This document shows, piece after piece, positions 20,789 through 32,578 of a stretch of 33,153 nucleotides of DNA (the first letter of the stretch is position 1; every line of letters begins with the position of its first letter). A program made the position numbers and the translations under genes. The notes under the pieces were generated by a model, which was given only the letters and a program-made list of their open reading frames with translations, searched no databases and was not told the origin of the DNA. Source of the DNA: Seison nebaliae (lineage: Eukaryota); contig JALJEE010001133.1 of assembly GCA_023231475.1 (NCBI GenBank), forward strand, positions 1-33,153, read 5' to 3'.

Positions 20789-23700
20789 ATGAAGTATCAA
20801 GTTCTCCAGCCATTGATTGATCGGCTAACAATAAGATTATACAACCCGTCCAGTTATGAACCGAAATGTTTCCATATTGCCGATGCCATACTTTTTGCAT
20901 TTAATTGTTTATCTGGTTCCACATTAATGGCCATCATTAGTGTTTTGGTGGCTAAGGTGGCTGGACCAGCATCTTTTATTGGAGTTTCAATAGCAACGGT
21001 TCATGCCTTAATGAATGCCAGTTGCTTATCTGAAATGACAAGTTGTATGAGAAGAGGTGGTTCTTCTTACACAATCGCCTACTCTGTGTTGGGCGAATTT
21101 GCTGGATTTCTTGTTGGATGGTGTATGTTTATTTCTCTTATTGGTTTAAGTGCAGTTACAGCTCAATGCATGTCATGGACAATTGATGCTCTGATCAACG
21201 GAAGATATCAAGCATGGGGAAGGTCAACGATGAGCATGTGGACATTATCTGCAAAGAACTTACACCCACCATTGGCTATATTTCCCGATATTTTAGCTGG
21301 TTTATTCATCTTCTGCATCTTTGTTACTTTATATAGGACGAATGTTGGATGGAGTATTATTAACGGCATTCTCTCTATAGCTAATACAGTATTCTTATTC
21401 GCTTTAATTACCGTGGGAATAGCTATGGCTGATTATAATAATATATCTTTACATGGTGGTTTGACTCCGTTAGGTTTCTCATCAGTATTTGAAGCAAGCA
21501 TCATTTCATCCTATCTCTATGTTGGAATGGATTTTATGCCGTTAATACATAACCAAATGTATAATAATGCACGAGATACACCACGAGCAATGATGTATTC
21601 TGTATCTATAATGGGATTGTTCAATATCATATTAACATTTATGGTACCGATGATAGCACCGTGGTATCTACTTAATGTCCATGCCGCGTACCCTTCAGCT
21701 GTACAACTTTCTCATAAGGGCGATTGGGTTCAATTTATAGTTAATTTGTCTCCACTATTTGGGTTGGCGGCGGCATTACCAGCTTTAATGTATTCACAAG
21801 CCAAATTGGCGCATATGATGGCTTATGATGGAGTTCTCTCCCAAATGCTTTATCATATTGATTTAGAGAGTCATATACCAACAAATGCAGTATTTTTTAC
21901 TTCTGTCTTTACATGGTTTTTGGCTGTTTTTTTCGATGTTCAACAATGCATTGGTTTTATCAACATTTCTTCTTATATCGGTTATACAATTGTATGTGTG
22001 TGTCTTATATTAACGCGACTACAATCATGTGATACGGGTAGATTCTGTAAATGTACAAAAGTTGATAAAGCAGAAAAAAAAAGACTAAAAAAAGAAAGAA
22101 AAGATAGAAAAAAACGGGAAGCACAAGAAAAGAAACTAACAAACGAAGATGAAAAAAAAAAGCAAGAGAATTACGAGATACGACAACATCATTCAACCAA
22201 TGAAAAAAAAAGTATAACAAACAAATCATCAAATGCAAGAGACAGTGATTTTGCAGAACCGTTATTATCGTTTAAACATGTGAGGTCTGTTAAACCCACA
22301 TTAAATTCATTTGACGATATTGAAAGATCTATAAACAATATATCAACTGATAATAATAAAAATTATAATAATCTGAGAAGAAATGATGATTTGTTATTGA
22401 ACAGTGATTTGAATAGCTCAACGAGTGAAAGTTGGAAAGTTTTGACTTATAATAAAAAACGTATAAAAAATAAGAAAAAGAACGTTTTTCGTCATTATAG
22501 GAGAAAGAATAAGTCGAAAAATAATAATAATAACAATAATAATAATAATATCAGTAGTCAGTTTGATGAATCAATAAGAATTGAAAATATATCCGACTTT
22601 GATTTAATCAGTGATTTTAGATCCGAATCCATGGTGCTTAAGAAAAGTTATAGTTTCGCAAATGATCTTTCACCAAAACATAAACAAAATACTTTATCTC
22701 TGATCGATTTGTCATCTAAACCTGCACATATACAAAATAATATACCTGTTGGAAATAACTTTCAATCTTTTAATGATTACCATCGCTTAGATCATGCCAA
22801 CTCAAATAACAACAACAATAAAGAGAAAAAATTGTGGAACCAAAGTGATAAATCTAACAAAAGATCCAATTTAGTACAATCACGGTTGTCGGATAATCAA
22901 TCGAGAAATAAAAATAGATTTAATAATATCAATATGAATCAATTTTGGAATAAAGGTGAAAAAAAATCAAATACTTCCAAATCTTCCGGGTCTTCAGCAG
23001 GTTCTTCTAATTCAGATGCTTCGCTTATGGATGAATGTTATTTCGGTCCGAGAATAGAACATGAACCTGGATGTCCATATAATACCTTCGGTAGATATAA
23101 AATTTTATGGTTTATTCTCATCTACATTGCCCTGTTATTTTTTCTTCTATCTCAAACCACATATTTCAAGAGACAATATGATTCAACCAGTATGGTCTAT
23201 ACTATTTCATCAACCTTCTTAATGTTACTCTTACTGACATTCATATCGTTATTTACTTCCAGATATCGTTTCTTATGCCCGGAAGACAAAGATGACAAGT
23301 TTTGGAAACTGTTTCGTGTGAGACTTGTTCCTGTTATTCCATTTGTTGCAATCACTCTCAATATAGTTTTCTTAGCCAATTTAACGGCAAGAGATTGGAT
23401 CGGTTTTGTATCGGTAATATGTGCCGGATTCGTAGTATATTTCACGTTTAGCATAAGATCAAGTCGCTTAGTTAACAACGAAAAGAGGGGTGCCAATGAA
23501 CCATTAGTTCGATATCACGCAAACAAAACGTGTCTTGATGAATTACCTTCATTTGTTTCTCGATTAATGGACCATTATGGTTGCGAACCCATGCCAGAAC
23601 CGAAGAACAATAATAATGCTAACAATATTAATAATAATGTTAATAATAATAAAGGTTTTCAAGAAATGTCAGATTATACGAATTCAACTATCTTTGACAA

Positions 23701-24495
23701 AATGATCATACCAAGTAAAAGAATAAAGAAATTGAAAGAAATTGAACCACGGAAAAGAAAACATAACGAGGAACATTTTAAAAAATTGAATATATCGAAC
23801 AACCGGAAGTATATCACAACTGCACATAGAAGAAAATTGAAGAAACGAGATAATGAAAGAAAATTATTCGGCTTTTCTTCTTCAACCTTAAGTCTTATGG
23901 ATAAAATCTTGTTAGAAAAGACCAAATCTCCCGATCATTTAATGTCTGCGATTCCTCCAGTATCCTTCATCACAAATAACGATAAAAACTTTCGTCAACA
24001 ACAAGAACAAGAAAGTATGGATCCCTTAGTAAACAATTTATCCATAAATGAATCTGATATAACACTTGTTGATCGACTTATAACTGAGAATCCAAAAGCT
24101 TTTTTGGAATATCATAAATTGCTAAATAAAAGCGTTAAAGTGGAGGAAGATAATGATTGTACCATTTCTTCTTCAAATAGTATAATTGAATTAAGGAAGG
24201 ATGTCGAAAAAATTAGGGAAGATAGTAAGAAGAAAAAAGAAGAGAAGATGAGAGAAAATCCAGAAATTTTACCTTTTATCGGAAATTCTTCCCATTTCAA
24301 AGTGATCGAAAGTAAAATCGATTGTTATTTTTAATCTTCCACATTTAATCAATATATTCTTTCCGTATAGTTGAAGGAGAAAGCGAAACCATGAAATTGC
24401 AATTGAATACAATTGAACCAAATAAGGATAATAACCAATCGGTTGTTAAGGAAAGGAACAATAAAAAGAAAAATTTAGTTTTAATCGTGAAATAA
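20789..24495 (+). CDS. Divergent SLC7/CAT-like transporter, copy 3, ~1219 aa, 2 exons
   Basis: Same CAT motifs. The ORF-track stop at 24334 is inside a predicted 47-nt intron 24324-24370 (GTTATT...GTATAG). Exon 24371-24495 continues in phase as (F)EGESETMKLQLNTIEPNKDNNQSVVKERNNKKKNLVLIVK*. Confidence 0.87.
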
Positions 24496-24678
24496 TTTAT
24501 CCAATTTTTTTAATAGAAGGAGATAAACTTAATAAAAAATTTATGTTCTTCCCTTAAAAAGAACTTAAAAAATAAATATTCAATAAAAAATATTTTATTG
24601 AATAAGATGAATAATAATCGAATAATTCCTAATCTTTATATAAAAAACATTTGTTTCAACATTAAATCATATTTTATC

Positions 24679-27422
24679 TTAGTCAACATCCATTTCATTA
24701 TTTTGAGGTGAAGGTACCGAATTGTTATTTTCTTGTTGTACCTCATCGTCATTGTTCGTTTTTTCCGTTGTCGGTTTGTCAGTCGGAGTTGGTGGAGGAG
24801 GAGGATCAGTTGGTTTAGCTTGATTCATAATCTTCCACGCTTTCTTCTCCAAATCCTGTTTGAAAAAAATCAAATTTACTTTTACTATAATATTATCTAA
24901 AAATTTAACATGTCTTTCATTTTTACACATACTACTCGATACTTTGGAATCGATATACGGTGGAGTTCGTTTTCTTTCATCAACGATATTCCAAAACCAT
25001 TTTTCTTTTTCGCTTAACATCGCCCGAACTTTGTTCAAATCTTCTTGTGAAATATGGTCATATTGGGGTTCCTTACTTTCAGCTTGTTGTACAGCTTTGT
25101 GTAACAACTGTATCGATTTTCCAAATTGTTCGCAGGCTGGTATCCAATGTTGTCCCTCTAAATATCGTTGGCGTATAGGTTCACCGAATTTCTATAAAAT
25201 CATTTTCAACAACTAATTTCACAAATGTCATAAGAAAAATCAAACTTTCATTTTATTCAATTCTTCAAGATATTTCCCTTTAGATGCTTGTTCACTCTCT
25301 TCTGAATACAACCATTCTTCAGTTAAATTCAACAAGTTTCTAAATTGTTCCTTGTCATTCGGATGGACATATTTCTCGAATGTACTGCTAATTTTATCTC
25401 TCATTTCATAGACATATTCCTCCATCGAGTTTCGTGCTTCAGCTCTTTCTCTTATCGATTTCATTAACATCATCAATTGTAACTAGAAAGAGAAAAGTTA
25501 AAAATTAAAGTTTAAGATAAAATAATAACGAAATCTTCTTTCATTTTATTCATATCAATCGGACTATAACCAAACACTTGAGAATCGACACGCAAATCAT
25601 AAAGTTTCGATTTTATTTTGGCAGTTTTCTGTATGGGAATGTTTCGCACATTCTTATCATCACTCTTCTTTTCTTCTTTTTCGTTGGCACCTTCCTTTAC
25701 ATCTTTTACAATAGTTGTGTCTTCATATCGAACAGTTGCCGTTGCACCTTTTAATACGAGTAAACCATTTCCATCTAATCGAACTTTTACTTTAATTTTG
25801 GGTCGTTCATTAGACACCGGTTTGATGTCATCAAGTTTCTTCATCGAATCATCCAGAGAATGTACAATGAATCGACCAATAACCGGATTTGGAAAGGGAA
25901 TATCATTCGGATAAGTATATCGAGCTTCCAACAAACAGTTCTCATTTCGAAAGAAAGACAACATTCGAGTTGTAGGATAATTGCTATTCTCTGGAATTAT
26001 TTCAACATCTGAATCCTCTCCAGCTTCCGCTTTCCATGAAATGGTAATTGGAAACATTTGATTATCTTCAATTTTGAAATCACGAACTTTGAAATTTGGA
26101 GAGAGTATGGCGCATTGAATAGCACAACCTCGAGCAACAGCCTCATCAGCATTTAATGTTGTTGAAATATCTTTTTGGAAGATTTGTTTTATAACTTTCT
26201 TTACCATCGGAATTCTTGAAGAACCGCCTACCATCACAACTGAATCAACTTTATCTATATCAATTTTTGCGTTTCTCATACAATCTCGAGCGATCATATC
26301 CATTCTTTGAACGACATCTGAACATAATTCTTCGAATATTTCTCGATTAATCATCGTCGTCACATCCATATCATTAATTAGACATTCAATATTTACAGGA
26401 ATATTTTGTGAATTAGCACTCATCAACTTTTTTATTCGTTCACACTCATTCATTAACCGTTGTCTCGCTTTACTTGTCGAATATGCATCAACTTTATATT
26501 TCTTCTGAAATTCATTTCGTAAATAATCCCCAAGTTTCCTATCAAAATGATAGCCACCCAAATTGTTATCGAAAGAAGTCGATAAAATATTCAATTTACC
26601 AGCGAAAAAATTTACGCAACAGATTTGTGTTGATAAATAACCACAATCCACAAATACAACGACTCGTCCATTTGTCGAAGATGATGATGGATTTTGAGGT
26701 GGTGACATCGATGTGGCTGCGGCAGCTGCAGCAACTGATTCATCTGTATTACTTCCATTACCTTCCATATTGTCCGCTGTTGATTTCTCATCCTTCTTAT
26801 CCTCCTTTGTTGTCTCTTTCGTCTCCTTATCGTTAGTGGTAGTTGTGGGATGTTCGGGTGGGAGATCCGTTCGATATAAACCATAAGACAATGCCACAGC
26901 TGCTGTATCATTCATGATACGTAATGGAGTTAAACCACAAATTTCAGCCGCTACTCGAATACAACGCCGTTCGACATCAGTAAAGAAGCATGGTACCGAA
27001 ATGACACAATCATTCACTGGAATTTTAAGATGAACTTCGGCGATACTCTTCAACTTTCCCAATAATAAAGCAGCTAATTCTTCCGATTGATAAAATTTCT
27101 TATCACCATGATCGAATTGAACTAAAATGTTGTTATTCTTCCCTTCAACAACCCGATATGGAACCATGTTTCTTGTTTCTTGAACGAACGGATCGTTGAA
27201 TGATCTTCCAAATAATCGTTTTAGCATCGTTACCGTATTTTTCCCATTAGACACCATTTGTTGCTTAGCATCAACGCCAACAGCATAACCTTCTCTTAAC
27301 ATCGATAATACGGAAGGTGTCATTCTTTTCGAATATTCATTATCGATCGTCTCTATTCCTCCTCTCTTAGCAACAGCTACAATGCACGAATGTGAACCAA
27401 AATCAAATCCAACGACAGACAT
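24679..27422 (-). CDS. HSP110: Hsp110 family chaperone / Hsp70 nucleotide exchange factor (HSPA4/HSPH1-like), ~862 aa, 4 exons
   Basis: MSVVGFDFG..AVAKRGGIETIDNEYSKRMTPS, TTLNADEAVARGCAIQCAILSPNFKVRDF, ARNSMEEYVYEMRDK, C-terminal EMDVD. Exons 27422-25530, 25482-25246, 25191-24910, 24855-24679; introns 25483-25529 (47 nt), 25192-25245 (54 nt), 24856-24909 (54 nt, in-frame, no stop). Confidence 0.96.
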
Positions 27423-27618
27423 CTTAAGAAAAGAAATCGTTTACAATTAAAGTTCTTGAACTATACGATTGAAATGACGAGAGAAATACTAAATCGATCA
27501 ACAAAAAGATCAATATCTGTATTACAATCAGTTAGGAAAAATAGAAATATGATTTCCAAGTATAGAAAGACGATTAATTGAAGTATATTATATTCGAAAG
27601 TTTAGAAAAATAGAAAAG

Positions 27619-27653
27619 ATTCTAGAAAAATCGAGAGGTTTCTAGAAATTTCC
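27619..27653. promoter_or_regulatory. Heat shock element (HSF site), 7 alternating pentamers
   Basis: TTCtaGAAaaATCgaGAGgtTTCtaGAAatTTC: correctly phased inverted nGAAn units (5 perfect, 2 with one mismatch), about 200 bp upstream of the Hsp110 ATG. Confidence 0.88.
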
Positions 27654-29155
27654 TTCTCAATAAATTTATATCCTTTATAATAAATTGTGAAGGAAAATAT
27701 TAATAATCAACAAAAAAAAATTCTTGCAGGAAATTTAGAATATTATTATGAGCCAAGTTAGATCTACAATTTTTTTTCGAAATATATCTTAAACTTAAGC
27801 TCATTCTTTTTCGAATAATTGAATTTATGTTTGTATTACTTGGTCGATTATAACATTCACAACATCTGTTTCCTATATAATTATAAATAACATACTGTCT
27901 ATGATTCTATTGAAGAAATGATGGCAATCAAATTGACACGTAAAAATCACATTTTCTGTCTATTTTCGTTAATATCCAACATCATTAATAATAATTAATA
28001 TACAGATTCCTGTATGCAATATACATACATCTATCATTGGAGAAAATCCGTACATCGATATTTTAAAAAAGTTATACATGTATGATTTTACTATTGAATA
28101 TTCTACATTGCCACTATTGAATCAATGAGAAATTCACATCATATGAGAGTGAAATCTTTCACAAGTATCTTCATTAAATAAAATTACTTTGCACATACGT
28201 AATAACGAACAATAGCTTAAAACGAAGAACACGTGAGAACAAAGGTATCGTCCAATTTTTATGGATTAGTGTGTTCTCTAAATTCGAAGGGAGAAAAGTA
28301 AACTCATCATCTGATTTATGGAAAATTGTAGCTTAAAGTCTTTTTAAAAATGGTATTGATATTAAAATATTATTATTGCTGGTTGGTTTCAAATCAGCTG
28401 TTAGTATAATGAAATAATTAAATATTTTTGACAAATAATCGAAAAAACTATTTCTTCTATTATTAGAATACAAAAGTTGAATGATCTTTGAATAATAAAT
28501 TTTTCTAAATTTTGTCTTACATTTGTTCATAAAGCATAATTAATATAGAAAATCTCTATTTTATAAAAATGGATTCAGGATTAGGTACCCTGCTGAGTGC
28601 TGAAAGATGTGTACAGACAATGCAAAAAAATATAGTTTTCTGTTACCAAATCCTTTTCGAAAAATGCTCAATAATTACGCAATTATTGGACACTTAAAAA
28701 AAAAATTTTATGTTCTGTTTTTGATACTTTTTGATGCCGAAACCGAGAGATTCGATTCTTTTACTGACATTAATTGTGAGATTCGAAAATAGAGAGAAAT
28801 TAAGTTTGTTAATTAATCGATTATTTAAGACCGAATTTTACATTGAATAAATAATTTAAATCTGAAATAAAACATTAATATTGTTGTACTATTCATAATA
28901 AAACTTCTCTACTTTGTTACTTTTATTTTAAAACTATAAAAATATATTCAATAAAACTATATAAAAGATTGGTTAGATTCATTTTTGAATTAGAATATTT
29001 TAAGACTATAAAACATTTGTTAGAAGAATTAAGTTTATTGAAATTTCCAATTAAAGTGGTGCAAAAGAGTTCAAACAGTTCTTGCTAGAACTTTTGAGAT
29101 ATAAAATTTTATTTTTTGTTATTAAATTGTTTTTTCTGCGATTCAAATATGGCCT

Positions 29156-30582
29156 TCATTTATAATCAGTATATTCTTCACAATCACAACTTTCGACTTC
29201 GCCACAGTCCTGTTTCTTTGTATACATTACAGAAGGTTTTCGACAAGGCACATATTTCAAATTCTTGCCACCGAGAAATTTGCATTTTGTTGGTGAAGTA
29301 GAGTATTGAAATGCCAAACATTTAGGAATATCCCGACAAATATATTCACATTCAGTCTTACTACAACCAACGCATTCTGGGCACAATGGAGGTTTGCATC
29401 CTTCTTCCTTTGTCAAGATTTTGCATGATGGTGCAGGACATAACAATTTTTGAACTACGTAGCTTACTTTGCACTTCTTAGGACATTTACACACCTCCGG
29501 TTCACAGGGAGAACAAATTGCCTGAGGTATAGGATCACATTTGGGTTCTTTGCATTTCATCTTAAATGTTTTCGTACATGGATAACAACGTTCTTTAAAT
29601 TTAGGGGGACACTTAGGTGGCATACATGGTGGGCATAAAGTTGTTATACAATCATCGCATGAGACTTTCTCGCAATTAAATGGCTTACATGTTGGACACG
29701 CCTTGCAACAACTCTTACAACATCGTCCACCAAAAGGTGAATCTATTTCCTGTGGACTATCTCCTGAAAAAGTGCATTTACAATAAATTTTTTATAATTA
29801 GTTCTATATAAATAACTCTTTTCAATTAATTGACATGCGGCTTTCTTATACGTGTTATAGTTCTTCAATTTTGTTAAAGCAGCATCTGCTACATTGTTAA
29901 GTAGTTCACATTTGACATATCCATTGTTTTTCTCATGGAATGTAATTCCACGACAGTTCTTTTAAATGGATATATTGACATGAATTGAAATATTAAAATT
30001 TTTAAACTCTTTCATTATTGCAAACAAGTTGGCAAGTGGATAACGGTAGATTTATACCATTCAATGTTTTATCCACATATGATCGATGTTTACTACGAGT
30101 ATCAATATCACGAATGTATTTGCAGGTCCGTTTGCGCATTGGAAATGCGTTTCGACACTTACGTTTTACATAAATATTATTATTTGGCCTATATGCAATT
30201 TCGCTCGATCGGACTGATTTATAGAAACGACATTGTCTCGTATTTAGATTAAATTCTACATTGCTACACTGTGGCGATGATGCACAGTATTGCTTACAAT
30301 CCGTTAAGGGCATGTTGTTCAATTGCTGGTGGAATAAAAAATTTAATTGAAATCTGTTTAAAATAGAACTTTTATAATCGATCGTTTACCTTTGTATGAA
30401 GTGAGCATGTCCGTTCGATATCGAAGTCGAATTTCGCGATTGACAATACTGGCGAATTGAAAACAATTACTTGTGTAATCGATACTTCGTTTATGTTCCT
30501 GCATTGCTGAAATACAACTGACGAAGAATAATATCAAGTAGGGAATGCATATGAATTGGCACCACCAAGAAAACATTGTCAT
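29156..30582 (-). CDS. Secreted protein with three PAN/Apple-like domains and a Cys/Pro/Lys-rich linker, ~426 aa, 4 exons
   Basis: Exons 30582-30370, 30325-30008, 29958-29817, 29763-29156; introns 30326-30369 (44 nt), 29959-30007 (49 nt), 29764-29816 (53 nt). Hydrophobic signal peptide. C-x3-C-x5-C cores: CKQYCASSPQCSNVEF..C, CQLVCNNERNCRGITF..C, CEYICRDIPKCLAFQY..C. Confidence 0.85.
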
Positions 30583-30796
30583 TTCAATTTTTCAGTTATT
30601 AGCAAAAAAATTTCCTTTCTTAACTTCCTAAAAAACTTCCTTTTTTTATAGAAATTATCGAGCGCAATTTTATTTAATTGTTGCTCTTTTACTGTTGAAT
30701 TAAATACGTTGGTCTAATTATTTATAAATTTATTTTAAACATTTCGTTCAATGACAATTTTTGAAATTTATAGAAAAACATACAAAATATTGTCCG

Positions 30797-31499
30797 TTAT
30801 GTGGATGGATAGAGAGACGGATTTTGATTTTTAATTCTGGAAATAGTTTTCATTAATTTTAATCTTTCTGATCCGATATTTTTCATTACTCTTGTGCGTG
30901 TTGTCCCAACTGATTCTAAAACTAACATTTAATTTAAAAAATATGAAAATCACAAAATTAGAAAAATAACTTCTTTGACAATTTTGGATCTTGAAATGAA
31001 TGGAGTTAGTCCTTGACGGATGACTTCGTTTTATATCCCTAATTTCTCCAATCAATTTACAAATAGGTCCATGACGACTGTATTCTACTGCGCTACATGC
31101 ATTTCTGTGTTTACACGCCATTCGACAACTTCTTAAGCTGCAAGCATTTTGCATCCTCATTGAACGACTACATCGATTTGAATAGTCCAATAATTGGATA
31201 TCTCTTTTATTCCATTCGAATGCTTGTCCTGGGTATTCTAACCACATGACACATTTGCCTTTCGAATCTTTATGAGAATTTCTTTTAGTTTTTTTTTTGT
31301 CATAAAACTCTTGCAAATTCTTCAATGATTCTTTCATAAAATCATTCTTATTAATGTGCAATTGCTTCCGTAAGAACATATGGTTATTGAGCGTTTCTAT
31401 TAGATCTTCGTTAGCCAATGGAATAGAGAAGACGATAGAAGGAAGTATATAAATCGTCATTACGATCTCAAAAATAAATTCCATAAACCAACATTTCAT
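30797..31499 (-). CDS. Secreted single PAN/Apple-like domain protein, ~215 aa, 2 exons
   Basis: Signal-peptide-like N-terminus, helical region ending KKKTKR, PAN core CRMACKHRNACSAVEY..CKL. A predicted 55-nt intron 30916-30970 (GTTATT...TTTTAG) replaces the ORF-track tail with KSVGTTRTRVMKNIGSERLKLMKTISRIKNQNPSLYPST*. Confidence 0.8.
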
Positions 31500-32578
31500 T
31501 CAAAATTTTCAATATGTACGATGTCGAAAGAACGACAAAGAGATATTGGAATTCGGTAGAATCTTATTTGATTATAAATTCAATTTATGAACAATCGTCA
31601 AAATCCAAATACTTATTTCGTTTTGGTTTATCATATCGTTATTGATTATTAGTTTATTATTATTATTTAATTTATCATTGGCACAATTATTATGATACTA
31701 TTTCTATCGTTGAATTTGAGTCGGTGATAAATTTAGGTGATACATATTCTCTCTCGAATTCCTTCGTCATAACATGTTTTAAATTCCATTATCTATTTAA
31801 CGAAGAAAGTTATGAGCATTAAAAAAAAATCAAATTTTGTCCGATTATTCTTGAATACAGCTGTATAAGAGGTATATACATCAATTGCGTTATAAACATA
31901 TGAAGTCCATTTATGCGATGTATTTTCTTCAAACTAAAGAAATTTCCGTACTAAAATTTTGAGATTTCACTGACAAAAAAATTTAAACTTACTTTAAATT
32001 AAAGAGAAATCAAATGTTGTGCTCATTATGAAAACAGGCTTGGAGGACAATCGCAGACGGAAAATGACGCTCAACAGTATTGTCAAGTCGGCCAAAATGT
32101 GTTGTCATTTGAGGAAAACTTGAAGAAAATCGCCTTTTAGGTTTTGAGTTTATTGTCTATATACAAAACCTTTTTATATCTATTTTTATAAGTTAAGTAG
32201 AACAAAATCCAATCTATTGTAATATATTAAAATTAGTCGTATTCTTATTTTTTGGTTAACATCATTATAAAATCATTATTATGAGTTTTAAATAAAAGGA
32301 GAGAATTTGTTGAACTATTTTCAATTTGTATATTCTTAATGTGTGTTGGTGAGAAAGTTAATTTTCATATTTCTTTTTTCGATATTTTCATTATTATAAA
32401 TAAAACCTATTTTGCAACGTTACTGTTTATCAAATTTTGAATGCTGGGGAATCTAAATGAGATGAGTGTTTCCAATTAAACATTTATTATGATTAAAATT
32501 AAATAAGATTAACTATAATATATGCAATAATATTATGAATTGGTTTCTATATCTTCTATAAAACAATGTGGAAGATCA

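Noticed and set aside
7085..24323. Retrocopy origin of the CAT-like genes (intron-free cores, RT relics nearby)
   Set aside because: WDR3 and Hsp110 also have 1.6-1.9 kb exons, copies 2 and 3 have 3' introns, and the tandem arrangement fits DNA-level duplication. The RT relics are dead.
1012..26911. Numerous antisense or alternate-frame ORFs inside WDR3, the CAT-like genes and Hsp110
   Set aside because: Shadow ORFs of real coding sequence with no independent protein signal.
27850..28800. Short ORFs (28333-28530, 28607-28792) between Hsp110 and the PAN genes
   Set aside because: Short, AT-driven composition, no homology recognised, no phase-consistent exon chain found.
32028..32140. Slightly GC-richer island with a 31-codon ORF
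   Set aside because: Too short. I could not identify a tRNA/snRNA fold or a protein motif.
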